Below, piece by piece: positions 18,101-24,484 of a stretch of DNA of 24,926 nucleotides; position 1 is the stretch's first letter; every line of letters begins with the position of its first letter. The DNA comes from a virus (taxonomy: Duplodnaviria > Caudoviricetes): positions 1 through 24,926 of IMG/VR virus record IMGVR_UViG_3300032328_000082. One strand, written 5' to 3'. The translations under genes and the position numbers were made by a program. Under the pieces are notes generated by a model. The model did not search any database and was not told where the DNA came from. It worked only from the letters and a program-made list of their open reading frames with translations.

Positions 18101-19184
18101 TAAAGAATGCTAAATCTTTTACATCTCCACCTAGTTGCTGAATAACTGGAGCAACCTTTGGAATTGCGGTTGTTATATCGTCAAGAGATACAACTGTTTG
18201 GTTTTCTACTGCGTTTAAAAAGTCGATAGATGATGCAAGGTTTTCAGAAGACATCTTAAATGCATTCTGCAATGAGATTGTTGTTTCAAGTGCCTTATTG
18301 GCATCAATTTGTCCAAGAACAGAAAGTCTGGTTGCTTCTGTTGTTTGACGCTGTAGGTCAACTCCAGAAAAACCTGCTGCTGCGGCTTCTGCTGCAAGAC
18401 CAACTGTTTGAGAAACAGCCACACCATATTTTGTAAACATCTGGCCAAGTGCTGTAATATTATCAAGTGCTTGGTTTGTTTCTTCTGTTGGTGTAAATAA
18501 ATCACCATAGACTTTTCTAAACTTTATTGTTTGTGCTTCCATTTCCATGAAAGTACGTGTTGCTACCGTTCCCAATGTGGCTAGTGGTAGAGTAAAACCA
18601 ACCATTAACTGGCGGCCAGCCCATTGGGTATTCTTACCAAAATTTAAAAGATTTGTAGATCCTTGCTTTACCAACTGATTAAATATTGCTTGTTTTTGTG
18701 CTGCTATTTGTGACTGAGTAGAAAAATTACTCATATCAAGTTGATTAGGCATGATGGCAATTGCCTTCATTGCACCGCTTGTATCACGACCTAATTTAAT
18801 ATATTGAGTTTGCAGTCTCTTAACACGATCTTCTGCTACTTTGCCGATTGTGTCAAACTCTGATTTAAATAAACTGCCAAAAGTTTTAGTTGCTCCTCCA
18901 GCAAACCTGAAGTATTCTCGCATTGAGAACTTGTTTTTTTGAAGTGAGTCTGTAAAAGATTCTGCAGTTGTTTTTACGGTGCGGAGTTCTGCAGAGAATG
19001 ATCCAATAGCATTTACGCTATTAAGAAAATTCTTCTGCAGATCTCTCTGCGCCAATGCAGCCGACTCGCTGCTTTTAGCGATAGATGTATGAAACTGAGA
19101 TATCTGACGTTGTAAAGCCTTTAGTTGGGCTAACGCTGCAGACGTATCAATATTAACGCCAATATTAGCATTAACATCAGCCAT
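12105..19184 (-). CDS. tape measure protein
   Basis: 2359 aa, Ala/Gln/Leu-rich and helical. TP901-type core ('NQTVVSLDDITTAIPKVAPV', 'GINASEGANALKSGL', 'IEQLFGK'), hydrophobic segments and a C-terminal 'DIVPAMLTPGEFV' motif. SD GAGGTG; lies downstream of the chaperones. Confidence 0.95.
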   Translation of the reverse strand: MADVNANIGVNIDTSAALAQLKALQRQISQFHTSIAKSSESAALAQRDLQKNFLNSVNAIGSFSAELRTVKTTAESFTDSLQKNKFSMREYFRFAGGATKTFGSLFKSEFDTIGKVAEDRVKRLQTQYIKLGRDTSGAMKAIAIMPNQLDMSNFSTQSQIAAQKQAIFNQLVKQGSTNLLNFGKNTQWAGRQLMVGFTLPLATLGTVATRTFMEMEAQTIKFRKVYGDLFTPTEETNQALDNITALGQMFTKYGVAVSQTVGLAAEAAAAGFSGVDLQRQTTEATRLSVLGQIDANKALETTISLQNAFKMSSENLASSIDFLNAVENQTVVSLDDITTAIPKVAPVIQQLGGDVKDLAFFMAAMKEGGINASEGANALKSGLAALINPTEKASAMLSGYGINIKKIVEGNQGDLKATVIDFANALDTLDPLTRARAIEQLFGKFQFARLSTLFDNVTNQSGQAARVLELAGTSIEDLSALSEKELGMTADSAMNKFRKSVEDLKLALVPVGQTFLEAVTPIVEFIGGILEKFNNLSSGVKKAIVVLTVAIGAIGPVALMTFGLLANGLANIVKGALVLRNGYLRLTGQTQILGEQTEYLTMEQIDAAAASHSLDQSHARLTQTFTAETSAVAQLIAAYQQATAAAAKFAAVNPGMMRAPGGAPTKRAKGKPVVVGGTGNQDTELALLTPGETVIPAEMSKKYGALINGMIADNIPGYRRGLGTGDSEFAQSIAAGAPQRSQAGVREFLERELKAIPETLVEEFKSLVTTVSQEVNLSEKALKERLKAFRAQYNANIGQQEELQFAHLDTGRRVSAGPLLESGAVTDPRTQARLREFVDAAGAQALVDLKTGFGLELTGFLNNAMQGAGASLEDVINDFEISGVEKFRKSVEIGGGNMEDLGSELVAFDTRFQQNLEEAYSNGARIIVDSQAQIEQMRQEALAKGEAFDDTVYVAMDTVAEQTRQNVLELGSGLDAVFQEAINTITEIRFQGLSAEQQAALPAGFGRGSKGGRVTPGGTGTFRKRGGVGSFANAPLAQQSVANVDAAILATAQAAGTQSPSRKTIPIGEDIARGLEVGMANQQDEVAASGQALGEAAVSGTQSGGGRQRRRAVRPQGAPGTMGLSGAASSAVSPAMKEAINQEVTARKTSSQRLDSMNKGLMAGTFALTSLAGAGSMASGPLGNLSQQVMKYSGLLFALMSVTQLLTQAKVTELVATRASTVATAMGGTGFKSLFSRGGNLAGFGKNLLTAGKFALRFAGPLGLAATAMLTTVSVIKMVNAARERERIAIEGLADAMTTTTTQVKTLGNFFNVLPTKLPFELGQREIVKQETRTQRESLKADSGFQKEFKSTIEALRKATNDEAKIVFSSLALNLKAQGFASDQVQVIIDALREESSQTDVVLDVKSLTLSQESLDQLKKDIAPLLINLDKALDAGMTKTFVGGRYNVPLQEVITLSKDAQKQLETTSEFMSEAAKSASGMFELGLIDGKAYEATLGTILALTDGLDEAQRKLLLSKVFEKLGVSVNKYTDALFTARQEMQLLALLSAGVLTKDSPILKALASTDYKAQMRGVNGLNKLYDQMFSSLEKIKEEQDKVNGNTPGSGGEKSAFQLAIEQLEKQQLELKNTKISYDMLKKAGFDAATATKYAEDSVIALGLATGKISTTQIEQVATLMKDIEKRAGSKAIQDFLDSLGTENKLKESFFDIVPSVLAMGGTLKDIEAILNNPALMKSFVDPLATAELKSQRIQKYLDAIRTGKAIDIKFDLLLDPGKAAEELKKKADELFGFLERAAQREYKPKIINAEKEVKNAQDAVDKIQKKIDAIQAKIDLEQRTLETTIGRKIENYQEQVNDLQRTIEMQFDRPIEAIQNEIGALERGIELDFERPLAALQETSSDLSNDLTLMDKQAESINEKYDAQEKALQDVANINQQILGQQKQQISLADALTQGDISAAAQMAQESRASAAEASSTNAQNTLQAARQLELDRLRNAAGLTRKQIEEAQFTISQQIFMLEEQREAVQARIQIKQDQIFAIETARQAKLAEIKVIEDSIYLLEEDREAVMLLIRGYEDDIYNIKINQLEPAAKALEDAQKELQLVRDQLQARLDNIELQRDAWQAAADAEMAAKITAGEYNDVILKTIDYLNGVLSLWEQIAAAAAASTNAVPNAAVNTGGNNSNSYVPPASTPESEAELEKFIDIVEELDAAQAALDDAYDKGLWAQFDALQRQLAAAQAAYDATLPEVDPNNTGGGGGLAMQYKASGGLIKPKYFSVGGAARGTDIVPAMLTPGEFVMSKYAVSNYGVDKMKAMNTGSYEGEKVYNYNLNVNVKSDANPDDIARVVMTQIRQIDSQRVRGQRA
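12951..13163 (-). repeat. tandem 21-aa repeats in the tape measure protein
   Basis: SQQIFMLEEQREAVQARIQIK / QDQIFAIETARQAKLAEIKVI / EDSIYLLEEDREAVMLLIRGY / EDDIYNIK. The DNA 12-mer taccgcttcacg occurs at 12996 and 13122, 126 nt (42 codons) apart. Confidence 0.8.
13527..13724 (-). repeat. three tandem 22-aa repeats in the tape measure protein
   Basis: KIDAIQAKIDLEQRTLETTIGR / KIENYQEQVNDLQRTIEMQFDR / PIEAIQNEIGALERGIELDFER, then a partial fourth unit PLAALQ. Confidence 0.8.
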
Positions 19185-19215
19185 CTATTTACACCTCGCT
19201 TTTTAGTTTTTGTTA

Positions 19216-19524
19216 TTAATCGTTAGAGTCTGCAGCAAGTGTTGTACCTGATGCTGCTTCTACGATCTTGTAGACAGTTGGTAAATCTAGAACTTCTTCT
19301 AGTTTCTCAATGTCTTCGGCTAGTTCTGGCTTATACTGCTTCATAGCAATCTGAACACATTCAACAAGAAGAGTCATTGACTTCTCGTTATTATCCGCCA
19401 CCGCCGCAACTCCCTCAAACTTTGCCATGAATGGTCGAAGTAGAGAGATTTTTAATGGACGAACAGAGATTTCTGTACCATCCATAAGTGTGAGTTTTTG
19501 AGCCTCATACTTTGTTGTTGCCAT
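19216..19524 (-). CDS. tail assembly chaperone, short (G-like) form
   Basis: 102 aa, directly upstream of the tape measure, SD AGGAGG at 19529-19534. Paralogous to the N-terminus of 19567-20277. Confidence 0.8.
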   Translation of the reverse strand: MATTKYEAQKLTLMDGTEISVRPLKISLLRPFMAKFEGVAAVADNNEKSMTLLVECVQIAMKQYKPELAEDIEKLEEVLDLPTVYKIVEAASGTTLAADSND

Positions 19525-19550
19525 TTTGCCTCCTATTTAGGTTAACCTTA

Positions 19551-19559
19551 ATTATAGCA
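19551..19559 (-). promoter_or_regulatory. extended -10 promoter candidate (TGCTATAAT)
   Basis: Perfect TGnTATAAT in the 42-nt gap between the two chaperone genes, upstream of the SD. Confidence 0.7.
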
Positions 19560-19566
19560 TGAAACA

Positions 19567-20277
19567 CTACTTTTTAATTTTCATGAGGCTTGGATCTCTT
19601 TCATCAGAATAATCCAGACCCATGCCAATTCCAAAGCCTACTTTTCTAGCATTTTGCCCCTGAAGTGAAAGAACGTCATTGCTATCACTTGTTGCACCTT
19701 TACTAAATACCCTGGCTTTCATGTCTTCCCATTCTTTTTGACCCTTATCAGGATTGGTTGCTCCGTCTAGATCAACTCCTTGTATTGCTGCTAAAAATTT
19801 CTTTTCTTCATAATCTAATTCTCTTTTGCTGGCTAGAGTAACCATTAGTTCTGGCATAGATAGTGATTCTTCTAGTTCTTGATAGTCTTTCCAAATACCC
19901 AGAATAAATACCTCTGCCTCTAATTTTGCAAGGTCTAAATCATCCCATGTCATACCGCTTGATTTTGCCTGCTCTACAACTGGCTCTTCTGATTTCTTAT
20001 TTATTTTAATGCCAGCAGCAACATCAATAACCTTATATATTGTTGGTAGGTCTAGATGATCTTCTACCACATTAGATATTTCTGGATAAAATTGTTTCAT
20101 ACAAATACCAACACATTTTACTAAAACTTCAATTGCCGAATCATCGTCTGAGGCATTCTTAACACCTTCAAACTCAACCATAAACTCTCTTAAATATTTA
20201 ATCTTTAATGGTATTATTTCTAATTCTGTTCCATCAATTAAATAAATATTACCTCTGTTATATACTTCTGTAGCCAT
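19567..20277 (-). CDS. tail assembly chaperone, long (GT-like in-frame fusion) form
   Basis: 236 aa, between the major tail and tape measure genes. Residues 1-89 align with the 102-aa chaperone. The C-terminal half ('WDDLDLAKLEAEVFILGIWKDYQELEESLSMPEL') looks like a T segment. Confidence 0.8.
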   Translation of the reverse strand: MATEVYNRGNIYLIDGTELEIIPLKIKYLREFMVEFEGVKNASDDDSAIEVLVKCVGICMKQFYPEISNVVEDHLDLPTIYKVIDVAAGIKINKKSEEPVVEQAKSSGMTWDDLDLAKLEAEVFILGIWKDYQELEESLSMPELMVTLASKRELDYEEKKFLAAIQGVDLDGATNPDKGQKEWEDMKARVFSKGATSDSNDVLSLQGQNARKVGFGIGMGLDYSDERDPSLMKIKK

Positions 20278-20284
20278 TTTATCT

Positions 20285-20293
20285 ATTCTATCA
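20285..20293 (-). promoter_or_regulatory. extended -10 promoter candidate (TGATAGAAT) giving a leaderless mRNA
   Basis: TAGAAT is separated from the ATG at 20277 by 7 nt (AGATAAA) with no SD. It sits immediately downstream of the terminator. Confidence 0.6.
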
Positions 20294-20297
20294 TAGA

Positions 20298-20336
20298 AAC
20301 AACAAAACCCACCCCCGAAGGGATGGGCTTGTTGTT
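20298..20336 (-). terminator. intrinsic terminator after the major tail gene
   Basis: Minus strand AACAACAA-GCCCATCCC-TTCG-GGGGTGGGT-TTTGTTGTT: GC stem with G-U pairs, a cUUCGg tetraloop and a U-rich tail. Confidence 0.85.
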
Positions 20337-20350
20337 AATCTAAAAATAGA

Positions 20351-20986
20351 TTATGTTCCTGGTGTCCAAGTACGATCTACGATCTTACCGTATGAACCAG
20401 ATGTGTCCTCTGGTAGGAGACGGAATGAAACTTCAAACATTGAAGCCTCATCACGCTTTGCAGATACTGTTACATTCTCAATTGAGAGTGCACGGTATGC
20501 GCTGTAAACACGCTCTACATATGCTGAGTCCGCACAGTCACCTGTACCTGGACCAACAGCAATAATTCCACGCTCTACTGGACATTCTCCAATATCGCCT
20601 GCGGATAGGTCAAGTGCCTGTCCGTTAGATGAAGACTTGTTGCCTGACAACTGATCAGAGTTGTAAGCGAGTGCAAGAAGAAGGTTCTCAAGTGTTGCTT
20701 CAGCAAAAGCCGTTGCCATATTAACTTGCATTCCTTGCTTGTATAACTTAGCAACGTCAAGAAGTTGGTCAACCTGTACTTCGCCGAAGTCTGGTTGGAA
20801 CTGCAATTCAAGGCCGTTCATTGTATAACCTACGTTAGTAAAATCATTGTCATCAGCGATTGTTTCTCTGTATGACTCTGAAGATACATAAGAAGGCAGG
20901 GTTGGAGCAGTTAATGTTGTGTCTGCGACGAAAAGCGCTGCAGCACCAACAATAATGTTAGTTGACGTACCACGAGTGTATGCCAT
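20351..20986 (-). CDS. major tail (tube) protein
   Basis: 211 aa with 'NIIVGAAALF', 'NVGYTMNGLEL...EVQVDQLLD', 'FAEATLENL' and 'MFEVSFRLLP', typical of siphoviral tube proteins. SD GAGGTG; followed by a terminator. Confidence 0.9.
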   Translation of the reverse strand: MAYTRGTSTNIIVGAAALFVADTTLTAPTLPSYVSSESYRETIADDNDFTNVGYTMNGLELQFQPDFGEVQVDQLLDVAKLYKQGMQVNMATAFAEATLENLLLALAYNSDQLSGNKSSSNGQALDLSAGDIGECPVERGIIAVGPGTGDCADSAYVERVYSAYRALSIENVTVSAKRDEASMFEVSFRLLPEDTSGSYGKIVDRTWTPGT

Positions 20987-21048
20987 AGTTTTTCACCTCT
21001 ACTTTCAATAGAATCTATATTAAGTTTTTGGGGTGTTTCCTCAAATTA

Positions 21049-21057
21049 AGTATAACA
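21049..21057 (-). promoter_or_regulatory. extended -10 promoter candidate (TGTTATACT) for the major tail gene
   Basis: TGnTAnnnT in the 77-nt intergenic gap, about 60 nt upstream of the ATG. Confidence 0.6.
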
Positions 21058-21063
21058 GCATTT

Positions 21064-21630
21064 TTAAGTATAAGGATTAGTATATGTTACCCCATTTAGG
21101 GTAATTTGGTCATTAGTATGATAGTCGTACTCAATAATTAGTTTATTTGCATATACCGTTCTGGCTGAGGCCAGTTCAAGAACGTCTCTGGTCTCGTCTG
21201 CCTGATAGACCTTTAAATTATGAAAATAAACATTGTATGGCTCTATGCCAGTGACGGGACTTGAGCACCATGCGTTTATATCTTGGGCCGCTGAATCTTC
21301 ACGATCAAGAGCGTCTGTGATAATTCTGTGAGCATCTGTTATTTTGCTTAAGTTTGTGCAATATAAATAATAAACTAACTGCTCTCTTTTATGTCTATAA
21401 AATGGGCTTGGTCTAAATCTAATTAATCTTTCATATTGAATCAATAGTGGGTCAGAGACTCCTGGTGCAGCAATATAGTTTCTAAATACATCTTCTATGT
21501 TTGTAGGGGATGTAGGGAATATTGGAACCATTTGCTCTGTACCGCTTAAAATACCGAAACGCTGAAGTTGTCCAACAACATAGTGATTTACAAAGGTTGG
21601 TGGAAATGCAGTGACGTTAATATTTTCCAT
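21064..21630 (-). CDS. probable tail terminator / neck protein
   Basis: 188 aa, immediately upstream of the major tail gene, the canonical tail-terminator position. Confidence 0.55.
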   Translation of the reverse strand: MENINVTAFPPTFVNHYVVGQLQRFGILSGTEQMVPIFPTSPTNIEDVFRNYIAAPGVSDPLLIQYERLIRFRPSPFYRHKREQLVYYLYCTNLSKITDAHRIITDALDREDSAAQDINAWCSSPVTGIEPYNVYFHNLKVYQADETRDVLELASARTVYANKLIIEYDYHTNDQITLNGVTYTNPYT

Positions 21631-21634
21631 AACC

Positions 21635-22312
21635 TTATTCTACCCCAATCTTTGCATTTGTTATCCACTTGTATCCAGTAGCAACGCCCTTTGGTCTGCC
21701 TTGCTTTGCTCCTGCTGGTAGATTCTTTTTATAAATAGTTGGGTTACTAATATAGTCTGAAACTCCGCTTGCTCTTAGGAATGCCTGAGTAAAATATTTT
21801 CTCATAAATTCATCAAAGATTCTTTCAAAAGAACCCTCTACTTCTGTTCCACCTGGATTTCTTACTGTAATTGGCTTTGATGTAAAAACAGTTTCTCCAC
21901 CTGAATAAAATCTTATTACAGAGTTTTTCTTTGGTTTTATAAAAACTGGAATTCCATCTTCCATTATTCTTGCTTTATTATAAAAAGGTGTATTTGTGTC
22001 TGCTTGAACGCTTGTTGATTGTCTAAAAGTTGAGCCTATAGAAAGACCAAGATTACTAACAGTATAGTTAATATCAAACAGTCTTGCTTCTGGACTTCCA
22101 GTTCTGTACCACTCATATACGTGGTGAAGTGCTGAACTGTTTGCTCTTGCTTCAACATCTATGTACTCGCCTAAAGCAAAAATAACGCCTCTTCCCAAAT
22201 TATCAAGAAACACCTTTTTACCTTTTTGTGCACCTTCTAAAAAACCTAAAGAATAATTTGCAATATTTAAAAGTTCTTTTTCAAAATTGTTTGTTGTTAG
22301 TGAAACTCTCAT
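21635..22312 (-). CDS. neck/tail-completion protein (HK97 gp10-like position)
   Basis: 225-aa basic protein between the head closure and tail terminator genes. 'KARIMEDG...FIKPK...VFTSKPITVRNPG' resembles Ne1-type proteins. Confidence 0.55.
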   Translation of the reverse strand: MRVSLTTNNFEKELLNIANYSLGFLEGAQKGKKVFLDNLGRGVIFALGEYIDVEARANSSALHHVYEWYRTGSPEARLFDINYTVSNLGLSIGSTFRQSTSVQADTNTPFYNKARIMEDGIPVFIKPKKNSVIRFYSGGETVFTSKPITVRNPGGTEVEGSFERIFDEFMRKYFTQAFLRASGVSDYISNPTIYKKNLPAGAKQGRPKGVATGYKWITNAKIGVE

Positions 22313-22761
22313 TAGTCACCAACTGTCTGGTTTTCGGTTCTACGCCAGAGCATTTTGTAGTATTCTATTTCACCAAATGGTCCGATAAATGGCTCAAGGG
22401 TTCCAACTTCATATATTGTTCCACGACCAGTTCTTGGTCCAGCAGTTTCTTTATAAAGTACGATATCGGCTTTGCTTCTAATGTTTGTGATAAGAATGTT
22501 TGTTATTGCATTTTCTGACTCATTAGAAGATACTCTTATATCCGACTTTGATCTACAAACTAATTTTCCATCATATTGTAAAAATGTATCTGGCTTTAAT
22601 TCAACATCTCCAGCACCGCCTACTGTAGTGGCATTGCAAACAATAGTTCTATCAAATACCCATTCTTTATTAGGCTGACCATAATTGTTTTGTGTAATTA
22701 TGGGATAGTAAATATCAGCCTTCATTGGATAGATAAAATCTGGTATATCGCAACCGATCAT
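22312..22761 (-). CDS. head-to-tail stopper (head closure) protein
   Basis: 149-aa beta-rich protein, 'ADIYYP...QNNYGQPNKEW', downstream of the adaptor and TAATG-coupled on both sides. Confidence 0.65.
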   Translation of the reverse strand: MIGCDIPDFIYPMKADIYYPIITQNNYGQPNKEWVFDRTIVCNATTVGGAGDVELKPDTFLQYDGKLVCRSKSDIRVSSNESENAITNILITNIRSKADIVLYKETAGPRTGRGTIYEVGTLEPFIGPFGEIEYYKMLWRRTENQTVGD

Positions 22762-23765
22762 TACAATACTCCAGGTGTGCCAATATTTGTAATATATTTT
22801 TGTAAAATTTTATCTACTAAAATGTTCCCTGTACCATCAAGGGCAGATTTATCAATCTTAATTTTATATTGATCTGTAGAATAGTCAAGAATATATCTCT
22901 TATGATATTCCATCTTTCCACACTTAATATCATCAATTAGCATATTTGCTGCATCGTATATGTCATAAGGAACTACTTTATACCCCGTTTCTAAGGAGAA
23001 TAAGTAGTTAAATGTTATTGGAAATGTAACACCTGCTGCAACTGCTAGGGTTACTGGGCTATCCTCTGTGTCATACAGATATATGGAATCTGATTCACCA
23101 AGCGGTACACCCTTTGGTGTTCCAACTGCTCTGACATATGAATCAGTAGTTTGTTGATTCCACTCTTTAATAATTGCTGTCTTGTCTTTTGTTAACAAAT
23201 AACTCCACTCATACAGTGCTGCAGGATTTTGCGTTGAATCCCAAACAAGTTCATTATTTTCATAAGCCTTTAAGATTTTATAAACTCTATCCCAGATAGC
23301 AAGGTAGTCTGTTCCGTTGCCATTTACTTCATACCATGAGCGCTCATAATAAAAACCACCAGGAACAATTGAATCAATTATTGCTCTTGCTAATGCCTCA
23401 TACTTTGTATATTCAAGAATCTCAGTTGCTGTTCCAGAACCATATTCTGTTGCCAGGGCAATTGGATTTGTATATGGTCGCATTATTTCTAGGTTGTCTT
23501 CAACAACTATGTCTCCCTCTTCTGCAATTTCAGAGGCGGTTGAATAAACAGCATCATATATTGTTAAAGAGTATGACTCGTCATAAGTATTAAATAAGTT
23601 TGGAAGAATATAGGTAATTTTAGAGTTTGCTGAAGATGTTATTGTTTCTGTAACATCGTTTACATTTCTAGTACTCTGATTAATTACTAAAATATAGTCT
23701 GTATTTGCTTCTGGCACATCATATGTGATAGTAAGCGGGTATGGTGGTAGTCGTAAAATCTGCAT
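22761..23765 (-). CDS. head-to-tail adaptor with N-terminal beta extension
   Basis: 'EALARAIIDS', 'GYKVVPYDIYDAANMLI' and C-terminal 'TGNILVDKILQKY' match the adaptor (SPP1 gp15/HK97 gp6-like) pattern. Confidence 0.7.
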   Translation of the reverse strand: MQILRLPPYPLTITYDVPEANTDYILVINQSTRNVNDVTETITSSANSKITYILPNLFNTYDESYSLTIYDAVYSTASEIAEEGDIVVEDNLEIMRPYTNPIALATEYGSGTATEILEYTKYEALARAIIDSIVPGGFYYERSWYEVNGNGTDYLAIWDRVYKILKAYENNELVWDSTQNPAALYEWSYLLTKDKTAIIKEWNQQTTDSYVRAVGTPKGVPLGESDSIYLYDTEDSPVTLAVAAGVTFPITFNYLFSLETGYKVVPYDIYDAANMLIDDIKCGKMEYHKRYILDYSTDQYKIKIDKSALDGTGNILVDKILQKYITNIGTPGVL

Positions 23766-24157
23766 TAAATCTTACCGTAATGTCTGGCTACTTCTTTAGG
23801 CGATGCTTCACGAACTGCCTTATGATTTAGCCACTTAACGGATGCCTCCTTTGTGACAATGTTATATCCCTTTTCAAGGGCACCCACACCGTTCCAATGA
23901 AGATTTCGCTCTGAATACAAAGCCATCTTGTCTGTTGGAATCTCTAGCGCTTCTTTTTGTTCTTTTGATTCTTCTATTTTTTTTGTTTCTTTTACTTCTT
24001 CTACATCTTTTCTTGGTACAAAAGGCAAAATAGCCTCTAGCATTTCTTCTTTTGTGCTTGTTCCATATAGATCAATATTGTTCTTTTTTGCATAGGCTTT
24101 TAGTTGTGGTACTGTTTTCTTGCTAAATTTTTCTACTACTTCTACTGTTGTTGCCAT
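23765..24157 (-). CDS. hypothetical protein with Rho-N/HeH-like N-terminal domain
   Basis: Start reassigned to ATG 24157 (SD GGAGG at 24163-24167). 'FSKKTVPQLKAYAKKNNIDLYGTSTKEEMLEAI' fits a helix-extended-helix (Rho_N/SAP/LEM-like) pattern. Confidence 0.65.
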   Translation of the reverse strand: MATTVEVVEKFSKKTVPQLKAYAKKNNIDLYGTSTKEEMLEAILPFVPRKDVEEVKETKKIEESKEQKEALEIPTDKMALYSERNLHWNGVGALEKGYNIVTKEASVKWLNHKAVREASPKEVARHYGKI

Positions 24158-24173
24158 CTTATCCTCCACTGCT

Positions 24174-24182
24174 ATTATATCA
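24174..24182 (-). promoter_or_regulatory. extended -10 promoter candidate (TGATATAAT)
   Basis: Perfect TGnTATAAT, 6 nt upstream of the SD GGAGG of the gene starting at 24157. Confidence 0.7.
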
Positions 24183-24190
24183 GAGATAAC

Positions 24191-24415
24191 TTATCTTCTA
24201 CTTGCTCTCAATGTTTGTGGTCTTCTAATACCGCTTGGTGTTCCAGAAATTGTTATATTTTCACCAAATATTGGTGTTGGTATATTTCCTAAAACATTAT
24301 TTTGTGTAATGATACCACTTGGACCCATTATGATTGCACCGCCTACCCCACCTACTGCAATAGCACCATCACCATCATGCTGATGTGGAACTGTTGGACT
24401 TCCTGGATAAGACAT
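24191..24415 (-). CDS. small Gly/Pro/Ile-rich hypothetical protein
   Basis: 74 aa with SD AAGGAG, filling the gap between the capsid terminator and the next promoter. Confidence 0.65.
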   Translation of the reverse strand: MSYPGSPTVPHQHDGDGAIAVGGVGGAIIMGPSGIITQNNVLGNIPTPIFGENITISGTPSGIRRPQTLRASRR

Positions 24416-24429
24416 AATACTCCTTAATT

Positions 24430-24464
24430 GATAAAGGAGGACAGTTTGACCTGTCCTCCCTATC
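24430..24464 (-). terminator. stem-loop / probable terminator after the major capsid gene
   Basis: Perfect 9-bp stem GGAGGACAG / CTGTCCTCC (24436-24444 and 24451-24459) with a 6-nt loop, extendable. The U tail is short (TTTATC). Confidence 0.7.
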
Positions 24465-24484
24465 GTTTAGTTTATTATAAACTA

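Noticed and set aside
19185-20277. Programmed -1 frameshift in the chaperone region
   Set aside because: I found no in-frame X XXY YYZ site at the G/T boundary of the long gene, and the short gene has only 31 nt before the tape measure start. This was checked by eye only.
12389-20811. Alternative-frame minus-strand ORFs 12389-12583, 18215-18508 and 20575-20811
   Set aside because: Nested out of frame in the tape measure or major tail genes. The Gln/His/Leu-rich translations of the first two are expected from shifted GCA/CAA-rich codons, and none shows independent support.
24158-24169. ORF-track GTG start at 24169
   Set aside because: It overlaps the GGAGG SD, which is correctly spaced for ATG 24157.
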